A DNA stretch of 64,000 nucleotides from Chiloscyllium plagiosum (Eukaryota). The first letter of the stretch is position 1, and each line of letters begins with the position of its first letter. The notes below the pieces were generated by a model. The model was not told the origin of the DNA, made no database searches, and saw nothing but the letters and a program-made list of their open reading frames with translations. Positions 26,005 to 38,400 of this stretch are shown here, piece by piece. Location of the stretch: contig NC_057718.1 of assembly GCF_004010195.1 (NCBI RefSeq), forward strand, positions 50,911,018 through 50,975,017, given 5' to 3'. The position numbers and the translations under genes are program-made.

Positions 26005-27367
26005 CTTTAAAGTTTAAAGAGACATTTCATTGGTTAAAATCTGTAAGGTCAAAGGTTAAAGGTTAATACTTAAAGCTTGAGCTATACAGTTGTCACATGA
26101 ATTTTTGAATTTGGATGTTTAAGAAATGCTCCTACAACATTTCAAATTTTTCAGTCATTTAATTTTTTTTAGCAAACAAAATTATTATATTAATTAAGAA
26201 TTAGAAAGCTGCATCGCCAACTAAGTTATTGAAGTTATATTATAGACAAACCAGAACAACAAATTAAATCATATCATATAACAGCTTTACAAAAGAATAT
26301 TCATCTGTCTGCTAGTTTTGAAAAGAGCCCATATTAACTAGTTAAACCTTATGTCAGATGTCGGATTTATTTGTGTTCACTGTAATTGTTCACCATATTA
26401 GTCTCTTAAAGAACAGACTATGAAATCTTAATGCCTGTGACACAAACTACTTCTTCCATGCCTTAAGATACAGCTGATGTTAATTTGTTTTTTTTTTGCA
26501 TTTCAAAGTAAAAAAAACACATTAAATCACTCAAATTAGGAAAGCGTAAAGTGGTAAAATGAATGCTAATAGTTCTTAATAATCCATTAGGCTGAAAATC
26601 AGCAGTAATGCAAAATTATTGCATATTAACAATATCTATACAAAATCACAGATGTAGATAACAATACTGTTTTTATTTTGAAGCAAATGAGGCTTTGACA
26701 AGAGCTACTGTATATTTAACAGTCCATTTCTTTCATCATTGACATTAGGTCTTAAGCAACTGATTATTTTAAATCATTTGTTTGTTTCTTATTGAATTAA
26801 TTTCTACACTCCAAATCATTTTAATTAAAAAAAATTGATGAATTTGGCTTTATTCCATGATTCCCACAAAAATGGACATTTTTTTAGGAATGTCCATAAA
26901 TAGCCTGAAGATCCATAGAATGTCTATTTGTCTTTGTCCAAGTACTTTTTCATTTTAAAATTAAAATACATTCAGAGTTTTATATGTTTAACGTTCTATT
27001 TAAATTGGTTTTATATGAAGTTTGCATTATGTACTGTCAGCTCAGTCAGGCCTGGAGCTCTTCTGCAAACAGCCCAGGTATGGGTTGACTCTCAACAAAT
27101 CATCACAATAATTTAAATTATTCTCTCTGACATACCTATGTTAAATATCTGTCAGCTGCAATTCTGACATAACTCAAAACACCCTTTCAAATTTAAAATA
27201 ACATACAAAACGAACATCTGTCACACCACATTGGAAATATGTGGTAATAACTAGATCAATAATTGTTAACATTATCAAATAACTGAAAACTTACTCTGTT
27301 GAACCAAGCTAAACCTTCACTGGATATAGTCAGTTCACATGGCATTGTTTAAATGCCCAAACTTCAT

Positions 27368-27507
27368 CAATAAAAGTGGGAAAGTCCTAAATCTGGAATA
27401 ATGGGATTAAACTGTTTTAACACGGATAGAACATAGAACAGTACAGCACAGAACAGGCCCTTCAGCCCACGATGTTGTGCTGACCACTGATCCTCATGTA
27501 TGCACCC
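27368..27507 (-). repeat. 140-bp copy of the CR1 3' junction at 29615-29755 (58 bp unique flank plus 82 bp LINE tail)
   Basis: Near-identical (2 substitutions, 1 indel). Flanked by the 8-bp repeat cccaaact (27356-63 and 27505-12). Confidence 0.92.
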
Positions 27508-28805
27508 AAACTCAGAACACAGAATAATTTTCAAAAATGAAGCATTCAAGATAATGTAGCTGTCAACAATACAGATATAACTTCATTTCTTTCATAATAA
27601 TGCATTTTTTACATTACATTTGCAAACCTATAATTGCTTGCATTGTCTTTTTCTTAAAATATAACCTTCCAATAGCCTGGCTGGGATAACTATATTTTCA
27701 CAACACAGTTATCAAAATTTATGAAGCTTAGTTTGAGTGGCATGCCTCATTCACTATCATGCACTGACATTCAGGTTTCTCGCTCGAAACTTGTTTGCCA
27801 CTTTATTGGAAGTTGACTTGAAAAGGATTCAGTTTGGATAAAAGATGATCATCCAAGTATTGTGCTGTGACATTGCACTTGCTGATTGAATTCGAAGTAG
27901 CTCCATTCTTCCACCGAGTAGACAATATTTTGTCACATTGTAGTGTATTAATTCTGTTTGAAAAGGTAGACTTCAAGGGAATAACAGTAATTTAACACAA
28001 TCTGAGAAAGCAGGGGAAAAAGTGAAAGAGGTCAATCCTTTGAATCTGAAGTAAAGTCTGTTGCAGAATTGAGAGAAAGCAGCAGAAAAGAATCTTAATC
28101 ATATCTTCATACCTGCAGGTCAGATCGGATAGACTAGCTATGTCAAGCCGACTGGCATGTCTTTTTTTTTCTTTCCTAACGTATTACATTGCCACTGTTG
28201 AAGCCTAATTCTATTTTGCCCTTTCTCAAATAAAGGTGTCAGTCACTTGACATGAAACAACATCATCGTTGAAAGGCACTGAAGGAGATGGATAAGAAGC
28301 TGAAGCTACAGAAAAACAATTCAAAGTTTAGTGGATATACTTTATCTTGACATATGCCACTTTTTTGTATATTTTTGTCTTCTTTGTTCACATTATTTAA
28401 CTTGCAGGTCACACCTAAGTAATACTAACACTCACTGTCCTTTCCAGACTATTTCCACGTTTATTGAATCATCAATCGTGCAATGCTTGAGTTATTCAAT
28501 GAGAAACAATGTTTACTGGGCTTTCTGGAAATAAACATTTGTAATACTTCACCACAATGTCTCCTTGCTTCTGTAGTGGAAATGTATAACTCTAAGTCAA
28601 ACCACCGTACAATAAATACAGACTGATGGATTACACGTGCATGACAGAATGCTGCACTAATCATGAGGCACAGATAGCATTAGAAGCCACAACAGCTGAC
28701 TCAATAGTTTTACAACTGCTGTCTGAAGTGAAATATATTTTTGAAATCATGCCATTTGTGCTTTTTTTGTACAAACTTTTATACCAAAACTATGCCTGGA
28801 CTCTC

Positions 28806-29403
28806 GGAGAAAGTAAGAACTGTAGATTCTGGAGATCAGAGTTGAAGAGTGTGGTGCTGGAAAAGCATAGCCGGACAGGCAGTATCCAAGGAGCAGGAGA
28901 ATCGATGTTTTGGGCATAAGCCTTTCATCAGGAATGAGGCTTGTGGGCCAAGGGAGCTGAGAGATAAATGGGAGGGGATTGGGGTTGGGGGGAAGGTAGC
29001 TGGGAAAGTGATAGATAGGTGAAGGTGGGGCTGAAAGTGATAGGTTGGAGAGGATGATGGAACAGATAGGCGGGAAGGAAGATGGGCAGGTAGGACCGTT
29101 CAAGAGGGCAGTACCAATTTGGGAAGGTTGGGACTGGGATAAGGTGGGGGGAGGGAAATGGGGAAACTGGTGAAATCCACATTGATCCCGTGTGGCTGGA
29201 GGGACCCAAGGCCAAAGATGATGCGTTCTTTCTCCAGGCATCGGGTGGTTAGGGTTTGGCGATGGAGGAGGCCAAGGACTTGCATGTCCTTGACCGAGTG
29301 GGAGGGGGAGTTAGTGTTCAGCCACTGGGATTGGTTAGTGTGGGTGTCCCAGCGATGTTCTTTGATACGATCCGCAAGTTGCCCTCCTGTCTCCCTGCTT
29401 GTA
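28806..29403 (-). mobile_element. Penelope-like element 3' fragment (GIY-YIG end plus terminal repeat)
   Basis: ORF ETGGQLADRIKEHR...RCLEKERIIFGLGSLQPHGINVDF is typical of a PLE GIY-YIG C-terminus. Same family as 3100-4546. Decayed hammerhead at about 28901-28932. Confidence 0.8.
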
Positions 29404-29672
29404 ATATCATTCATTCAAAAGACAATACAACTATAATGCTGCCGACTGAGGAATAATTAACGACTGAATGCCACAAACTTATACTCAGTCAATATCAGTG
29501 CTCATTAGCAATATTTTAAAGACCAATATAGAGAATTAAGACATCTTTTTGAATAACACCATTAGCTCATGAAAAAGTGTTCCACCATAGCAATTTGCTT
29601 CAGCATAACTTTACCAATAAAAGTGGGAAAGTCCTAAATCTGGAATAATGGGATTAAACTGTTTTAACACGG

Positions 29673-31275
29673 ATAGAACATAGAGCAGTACAGCACAGGA
29701 CAGGCCCTTCAGCCCACGATGTTTGTGCTGACCACTGATCCTCATGTATGCACCCTCAAATTTCTGTGACCATATGCATGTCCAGTAGTCTCTTAAATGT
29801 CCCCAATGACCCTGCCTCCACAACTGCTGCTGGCAACGCATTCCATGCTCTCATAACTCTCTGTGTAAAGAACCCGCCTCTGACATCCCCTCTTTACTTT
29901 CCTCCAATCAGCTTAAAACTATGACCCCTCGTGTTAGTCATTTCTGCCCTGGAAAATAGTCTCTGGCTATCGACTCTATCTATGCCTCTCATTATCCTGT
30001 ATACCTCAATTAGGGCCCCTCTCCTCCTCCTTTTCTCCAATGAGAAAAGTCCGAGCTCAGTCAATCTCTCTTCATAAGATAAGCCCTCTAGTCTAGGCAG
30101 CATCCTGGTAAACCTCCTCTGAACCCTCTCCAAAGCATCCACATCTTTCCTATAATAGGAAGACCAGAACTGGACGCAGTATTCTAAGTGCAGTCTAACC
30201 AAAGTTTTATAGAGCTGCAACAAGATCTCACGACTCTTAAACTCAATCCCCCTGTTAATGAAAGCCAAAACACCATATGCTTACTTAACAACCCTGTCCA
30301 CTTGGATCGCCATTTTAAGGGATCTATGTGCCTGCACCCCAAGATCCATCTGTTCCTCCACACTGCCAAGAATCCTATCCTTAATCCTGTACTCAGCTTT
30401 CAAATCGACCTTCCAAAATGCATCACCTCGCATTTATCCAGGTTGAACTCCATCTGCCACCTCTCAGCCCATCTCTGCATCCTGTCAATGTCCCACTGCA
30501 GCCTACAACAGCCCTCTATACTGTCAATGACACCTCCAACCTTTGTGTCATCTGCAAACTTGCTGACCCATCCTTCAATCCCCTCATCCAAGTCATGAAT
30601 AAAAATTACAAACAGTAGAGGCCCAAGGACAAATCCCTGTGGAACACCAGTCACCACTGACTTCCAGGCAGAATATTTTCCTTCTATTACCACTCGCTGT
30701 TGGCCAGCCAATTCTGTGTCCAGATGGCTAAGTTCCCCTGTATCCCATTCCTCCTGACCTTCTGAATGAGCCTACCATGGGGAACCTTATCAAATGTCTT
30801 GCTGAAGTCCATATACACCACATCCACAGCTCGACCCTCGTCAACTTTTCTAGTCACATCCTCAAAGAACTCGATAAGGTTTGTGAGGCATGACCTGCCC
30901 CTCACAAAGCCGTATTGATTGCATTTAATCAAGCCATGCTCTTCCAGATGGTCATAAATTCTATCCCTCAGAATCCTTTCTAACACCTTCCAGACGACAG
31001 ACATGAGACTTATTGGTCTGTAATTGCCGGGGATTTCCCTATTTCCTTTCTTGAAGAGAGGAATTGCATTTGCCTCTCTCCAGTCCTCAGGTACGGCTCC
31101 AGTGGAAAGCGAGGATGCAAAGATCTTCGCAAGTGGCGAAGCAATTGCATTTCTCGTTTCCCAAAGCAGCCGAGGACAAATCTGGTCCGGGCCTGGCGAC
31201 TTGTCAATCTTAATGTTTGACAAAATTTTCAGCACATCAGCTTCCTCTATCTCTATCCATTCCAGCATGCACACC
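29673..31275 (-). mobile_element. CR1-clade (HER1-like) LINE, 5'-truncated, relatively young, frameshifted RT
   Basis: ORFs carry KSPGPDQI, PGNYRPISL, GRSCLTNLIEFFE, VYMDFSK.FDKVPH, GVPQG.VLGPLLF, KFADDTK and LYKTLVR.HLEYCVQFW. Short-repeat 3' tail at about 29673. Confidence 0.95.
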
Positions 31276-33740
31276 TAGCAAATACATTGAAGAAATCTTA
31301 TTTGTGATAATGAGGTGGAGACTTTCAATTCACTTGAGAATTCAGGTGATTTTTATGAAGGGATTATGGTCTGAATTTTTGTTTCAGAGTCAGGAGGACA
31401 GAGTTGGAACAATTCACAGCTCCCCAAACCCAAACCAGGAAAAGTGACCCTGAAGTTTGAATTTTCATTCCAGGCTGTGGTAGAGAAAATGGGACATAAT
31501 ATCCCATGCTTCATCTGTGCCACCTCGTGTTCCTCATCTATCCCCCAAGGGGCATCATACCGTCAATGACAATCTATGCCACTTTATTTACACCGATAGC
31601 CCTACACTAGCCCTCACCCAGAGGATCCATGCAGATAAATAACGTACTTAGGTATCTAATGCTGAATTCATGACTTTGATAGGCACATTGATAAAAAAAC
31701 TATTCACTAGATTTAATTTTCCATTATCTCTTACAGAAGAGTACCTGTATTCATTGGCCCACTTTATATGAACTGTGAGCTGACAGGCCCCACATTGTGA
31801 TAAGGAATGGTTGTGAAGTCAGTTATGCAGCCCTCATTTTGCAATGATAACACTCAGACTCATCTTAACACACCAAGTGAAATACTAAGTGCTGACCATT
31901 TTTTAATTCGGCAAGACATTTTTTTTCCACTATTTAAAGGACATAGATCTCAGCCTGATAGTTTCTTTTGACGGATCCCTTTAACAACACCTTTGACAAC
32001 CTCAAGGTGTCTGACAGTTCTAATGAGTTTATTTACCTTTCATGAACATTTATGTTGTATATTCAACAATTCCAAGATTGACATTACCCTTCACAAAGGT
32101 CACCTGACCTCTCGCTGAAATGAACCAAGGCCATAGCCAAAAGGGTGCTTTACCTCTCTCAAAGAATACCCTAAATTTCCAAACCAATCCAGTCAGGCTT
32201 TTGTCTATCAGAACTAAAGTTCTCAATTTGTATTTTGGACTTACAATTTGCAAATTTAAGATCTGATTGAGGTGATTGCACTCTAGCACATGCAGTTGCC
32301 TCCATGAACTATGATTGTCCAAATTAAAACTCACCATGAGCTATGGACATGCAACTTAGAAGTCATCTCATTCCCTCACCCCTATGATAATGGTAAGGGA
32401 TTAGGATTTCTGGATTTGTGTCTTTGGCATCAATTTTCATTAAGATAAAGAGTCTCTCCATCAGCTGAAAAATTCAGGGCAAAGGCTTATTTATGGTTTA
32501 TGGCATCCTCTAAATGTTTTAATTACATTCCATGAACACGATTTAGTTATACGTGTGTCAAAATCATGCATGATTTCCCTTTGTTGAACTACTTCATTGC
32601 TATATCATACTAACTTCACTTGCTCGACATGGAATACAAATGCAAGGAGATGAAAAGCACAAAGAAGTGACTTGATATGTGAGAGAGTTTATGAACATTT
32701 TACCTCAAATTAACATGTCTTCTTTGATGTTGTAGATTGACATCTTGAGACAGTGCACCACAGAGTAATAGCAACATGCAAATTTGAATCTCTAATTCTT
32801 CCAATTAACTTTCAGCCTTGACCAAAACTCATTTATATTAGAGTATATTTGTTCTGCTTAATAGACATTTGAAAGGCAAGGTAAAGAGAGAAGGAGAGGC
32901 TGTATTCATATGACATCTTAGTTTTTAACAGGGCATTACAAAATGCCTTGCATTCAAATAAAAATTTCAGAATGTAATCACTTCTAGTTTCAGTGTCGTT
33001 GAAATTGGCACCGTATTGCACAAAGACAGTATTACAAACAGTAGTAAGATAAATAATTATATAAGGTATTTGCTGGTGCTGGTTGAAAAATAAATAACAG
33101 CCATGACACCTCTCCTCTCTGTCAAATGACACCAATAGATATTGTGTACACAACTAAGACTACTGATGCTTATTTGAATGTCTCAACTACTATCCTTATT
33201 TTTTGGTAGTTTCAATACTTAGATAATTTATCTAAAGTTAGGTCATTGCACTTGCAAAGTTTTTTTGTTCTGCTCAATATGAAGATTGTCAATAAAGCAT
33301 TTAATGAGAAGATTTCCCTATAAAGGATTTTCTTCTGTCCTCCCTCTTTGGAACATCTCTTCATCTGGACAACCTCTACAAGGATAAGAGTGGATCATCT
33401 GATACTTATATATTTGCAAAGCTGTTCCTACTAATACTGTTCTAATGAAATCTACAGGAGGATATGCTTCTCAAACATGGCAAGGAACCTTCAGTCTGTT
33501 GTTCTCTTCCCTAAGCCAACATTTTAAGAATTAACCATAACCGGACCTTGGACCATCTTCCTGTTGCTGCACTAGATTGCTTATTCAAAAATATTCACAA
33601 TTACTCTGGAAGACATTGGTGAATTGTAGCATTTTGTTTTACTCAAGAGGGTTGAGGTTATCCAAAGGTATTTCTTAAGGACAAGCAAAAAGAAGAATGT
33701 TCAGCCTGTGTTTAATACAGGCTGTATGTATTGCTCATTA

Positions 33741-35492
33741 GTGAGTTTGGAGAAGATTTGTAGCTCAGGTTGAGGTTCAGTAAGTTTGCTTGCTGAGCTG
33801 GAAGGCTCATTTTCAGACGTTTCGTCACCATACTAGATAACATCATCAGTGAGCTTCCAGTGAAGAACTGGTGTTATGGCCTGCTTTCTGTTTACATGTT
33901 TAACTTTCCTTGGGTTAGTGATGTCATTTCCTGTGATATCATTTCAGGTGTTGATGTCATTTTCTGTTTTTTTTTCCTCAGAGGGTGGTAGATGGGATCC
34001 AAATCAATGTGTTTGTTGATAGAGTTACCCAGTTGGAATGCCATGCTTCTCGGAATTCTTTTGCATGTCTCTGTTTGGCTTGTCCTGAGATGAAGGTGTT
34101 GTCCCAATCAAAGTGGTGTCCTTCCTTATTTGTATGTAAGGGTATTAATGATAGTGAGTCATGTCTTTTTGTGACTAGTGATATTTATGTATCCTGGTAG
34201 CTAGCTTTCTGCCTATTTGTCCAATATAGTCTTTGTTACAGCTCTTGCAAGGTACTTTCTAAATGATGTTAGTTTTACTTGTTGACTGTACAGGATCTTT
34301 TAAGTTCATTAGCTGCTGTTTTAGTGTGTTGGTGGGTTTGTGGACTACCATGGTGACAAGAGGTCAGAGTACTTTGGTAGTCATATACAAGATGTCTTTG
34401 ATGTCGGGAGGTCTCTGCGTGTGTTTTATCTGCTTGTTTGGGTTTGTTGCTGAGAAATCAACGAACTGTGTTCATTGGGTACCCGTTCTTTTTGAATACG
34501 CTGTATAGGTAGTTTTCTTCTGCTCTTTGTAGTTCCTCGGTGCTGCAGTGTGTGGTGGTTTGCTGAAATAATATTTTAATACAGCTTCGTTTGTAAATGT
34601 TGGGATGAATGCCTCTGTAGTTCAGTATTTGGTCCATATGCATTGTTTTCCTGTAGACGCTTGTTTGAAGTTACCCATTGACTGATCACTCTATTGTGAC
34701 ATCTAAGAATGGCAGTTTGTTGTGGTTTTCCTCCTCTTTAGTGTATTTTATGCCTGTACTGATATTATTGATGGTCTTGAGGGTTTCCTCTAATTTGTTT
34801 CATGTAGTGATGACAAAGGTGGCATCCACATAGCGGACCCAAAGTTTGGGTTGGATGGTTGGCAGAGCTGTTTGCTAGAGTCTCCGCATTACTGCCTCTG
34901 CTTGGAACCCTGATATCGGAGATCCCACAGGTGTTCCGTTGGTTTGTCTGTTGGTTTTGTTCTGGAAAGTGAAGTGGTTGGTAAGGCATAGGTCCATTAG
35001 CTTGACAACGTCTTTGCTAATGAAGTTGGATGTGTCTGGTGTATGTGTCTTTGATTCTTCTAATAGTGTAGTCAGTGTTTCTTTGGCCAGGATGATGTTA
35101 ATGGATGTGAACAGGGCTGTTACACCAAAGGTTACCATTATTTCATCCTCTTTTATCTTAGTGTCTTTGTTGGTCTTCAGAAATTCTTGGGTGGAATGAA
35201 TAGAGTGGCGTGATTCTTCTATTAAGTGTTTTAGTCTTTGGTGTAGTTTCTTGGCTAATCTATAAGTGGTGTTCCAGGTAGCGAGACTATGGGTCTGAGA
35301 GGAGCTCCTGGTTTGTGAATTTTGGGTAATCCATAGAAGCGTGGTGTGTTGGATCCACCTGGTTTCATTTTTTGGAAGCCTGTCTTGTGTAACTGTCCAG
35401 ATTTCTGAGTCAGGCTGGGATTTGGTTCTCTCGTTGTGGGGTTGGGTCTATTGCCACCTGTTGGTAAATGTCGGTATCTGTCGGCATTGCCC
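33741..35492 (-). mobile_element. Penelope-like retroelement, decayed RT/GIY-YIG region with terminal repeat
   Basis: Broken ORFs carry PLE RT motifs: PRFYGLPKIHKPGAPLRPIVS, MVTFGVTALFTSI, GTPVGSPIS, HMDQILNY. Hammerhead motif at the terminus. Confidence 0.85.
33798..33860 (-). ncRNA. Minimal type I hammerhead ribozyme motif at the terminus of a Penelope-like element
   Basis: The minus strand reads CUGGAAGCUCA-CUGAUGA-U-GUUAUC-UAGUAU-GGUGAC-GAAA-CGUC-UGAAAAUGAGCCUUCCAG. It has an intact core, a 6-bp stem II, a palindromic ACGU stem III, a GUC cleavage triplet and a stem I (UCA/UGA plus CUGGAAG/CUUCCAG). Confidence 0.75.
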
Positions 35493-38400
35493 ATTTTGAA
35501 GAATTCGCTTTGCCCAATATTAAGCTGGTGATGTGAATAAGTTGAATTGCAAAGATGGTAACTGAGGTATAGTTTGTCGAAACATATTTAGTTGAAGTAA
35601 AGTTTTGATAATATGTATTTTGAAATTCCTTTCCTAGAGTTTTCCCTTATACTGACTTAGAAAACTTAGCCTCATGATATTATTGAACACAAATTGCTAA
35701 TAGATCACAACCTTTAGACTCCATTTGTTTCAATTTAGAGAATGCAGACTTCCTACAGTTCAAAATTGTTAAACGTCTTTTGTTACATTTTTAAAGATCA
35801 TTTCAATTTCGTAAACTGGCAAATGTAAAATACTTAAGGTAATACAGCAATTAACAGAAATTGTTTCACTATGAATGCATTAGATTGGTGTTGTGGTCAA
35901 GAGGCTTGCTGAAAAAATTTCCTTTTCATGTTTTGATCATGATATTTTCACAAACTGCAAAGGTGTTGAATAAATGTATCTGAGTAACAGGGCTTTAGAG
36001 GTGTCATGGTAACTTATTGAAAAAACATGGATGAATCATGATAAAGATGCCAAAAGGTGAAGGAAAGTTAGCAAGAATCACAAACATCAATGAAAATGGA
36101 AATGTTTGTTGGATTGCCTCTACTGGTACCATATATTATCCAGAATTATTGAATCTGGATTCTGGTTATTTCTGTACGTCAGGGACAGAATGCTTCTCCT
36201 CACCATAATATACTGGGGTTGGCATTATTACCATTTATTGAAGAGAGGAAATCAAATGTATCTTAATCTAATGAAGCAAGATGATGGTGAGGTGTAAGGC
36301 ACTGATGGGCTGACCACTTTTACCCACTGTAAATGCTTTCCATATAAATGTTGTTCGAATGCAAATATTAATCTGTGATGCCAGCACATTCAAAGCAGAA
36401 ATAAAAAGCCTGTTTTTTTTTCCTCTTTGACACACAAAAGGGGTGGACTAATTTTAATACAAAATGACTTGAATTGAAGATCTAATTTGTATCATCTCAT
36501 AATTTTAACATGAGGCACAATTTTAATGTTTTGCAATATTGAATTTCTCACTTGTTAAACATGTCTCTAGGTTCTGTTTCTAGACTTTGGAAAAATGAGT
36601 TTTTTAACTTCATTCATGGCATATGAGCCACAGACAGGAAGTGCACAGTGCACAAAATCAAATTGGCAGGTCACTTATCTTCACAAAAGTTAAATCTACA
36701 AAAATGATGGCAAATTTGAGGGGTAAAGAAAATTGTAGGATCCAAGAGTTTTGTGATAAAAATAGAACTTTTTAAAATAATCTAGAATGAGCTGCCTCAT
36801 TTTTGTGGATGAGTTGTGATTTGCTGAGAGAAGTCTCCTTTCAGTTCCTTGCTTGTGACATTTTGCAGATCTCCACGGAGTCTGAATGAAAGTGCATGGT
36901 TATAGATTACTCTGAAGTCAGAATGTCATAACATTTAAAGCCATCCTGTAGGAATCTAATCCACAGGTGATGACAATATCTTGCTTTATTTCTGTCCTGC
37001 CATTCTGATTTTTCAATATATAACCGTGCACCTTACAGTGCATTATTTTCAAAAGTATTCATATCTACGATGATTATAAACACAATTTTTGAAATTGCTG
37101 CAGAAGCTATGAGATGGCTGCATAATATTAGCTAACTTTTCACAGACTCGAAAGAGTGGCTTTTGAACCAGGAGTATCTCCCAAAGCCATGGCTGATGAC
37201 TCTTGTGCTCATCTTATGCAGAGTTGTACAGCACGTGTACAATGAAAGTCATGCTGTTACATGAACTATGATAGAATAGATCTGTTAGTGGGCTGAAACA
37301 ATGAGCATGATATTACAGGCCTCCCAAATAGGATTGGTTTCAGTTCAACACCCTGACATTGTCCTGCTACAAAAACATTTATCCAGCAGTGGGCTACAAT
37401 GCTAGGTGGTTGCATGATCCTGGCAGATGACCAGTTAATTTGCATACTCAAAGACCCTATTAAAAAACATTTCATGGAGATTGCCATATTATTCTGATGG
37501 ATGCCACTGAAATGCTGCTCGTTTGCTACTTGACTGCGATGTAAATGATGGGATCTTAGAAGAATGTGATATGTAAGCATACCATATACTTGAATGGTTT
37601 TAGTCTCTCCTGGCCATGCACTCAGTAATGGATATGCCGATAATGGCCAGTATCATCTTATAAATGGGGGCGAGAACATGCAGGTGCTCATTTTCCCCCT
37701 TCAATTGGCAGTTACTATCTCTGTAACTGTAAAAGAGACAGGAAACATGTCAATAGGTGTCATTTAATCTCTTGCATGATGTGGCAGGCATGGTTCAATA
37801 TTTGGCAATGTGTGCAACTAGTGAGATGTGTGTGTGAACCTTGTAGTAGATGAGGCCTGACTGACAGAGCTCGTTGTAGGTCGGTTACATGCTTGTGGTG
37901 ATTTAAGCAGTATCTGAGGATACTGATGCAGTTATAGCATTTGAAGATGCATTCACTGACCTTCACTGCATGTGTGAAATCATCAAACTTTGCTGAGGCA
38001 TTGTATCCAGTTCTTAGGGCTGGATCCCTGACAGTGACCTAGACAGCTCCCTATTTTCATTGCCTTTACACTGTGTCTACAGAACCTCCTTTTTGTGCAG
38101 ATTCAGGGAACCTCTTCTTTCCCCTTTTTCTGTCAAAACATTCAGTCCAGTGTCTGAAAACTCTGAAACATTAAATCCTTTTATGTTGCGCCATTTGTCA
38201 CTCTTTCCGGGTCAGATTCTGTTCGATCAAACTCTCATCTGCTTTGCCACAACACACCTCCCATAGCTTTAAGCAGTGCAGGTAAGCTTTAAGTGGCACT
38301 TGCCACTCACAATATTAGATCCATTTCTATATATCCAGCCAATAAACATTGCAGCTAGAACTGGTTTGATCTTCAATAATCAGAATGAGCAGACAACATA

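Noticed and set aside
28100..28135. Second CAG|GTATGA recursive-site-like motif on the minus strand
   Set aside because: It lacks a convincing polypyrimidine tract.
29894..31274. CR1 RT ORFs as an active or domesticated gene
   Set aside because: 5'-truncated and split over several frames, with no endonuclease or ORF1. The same applies to 61963-63501.
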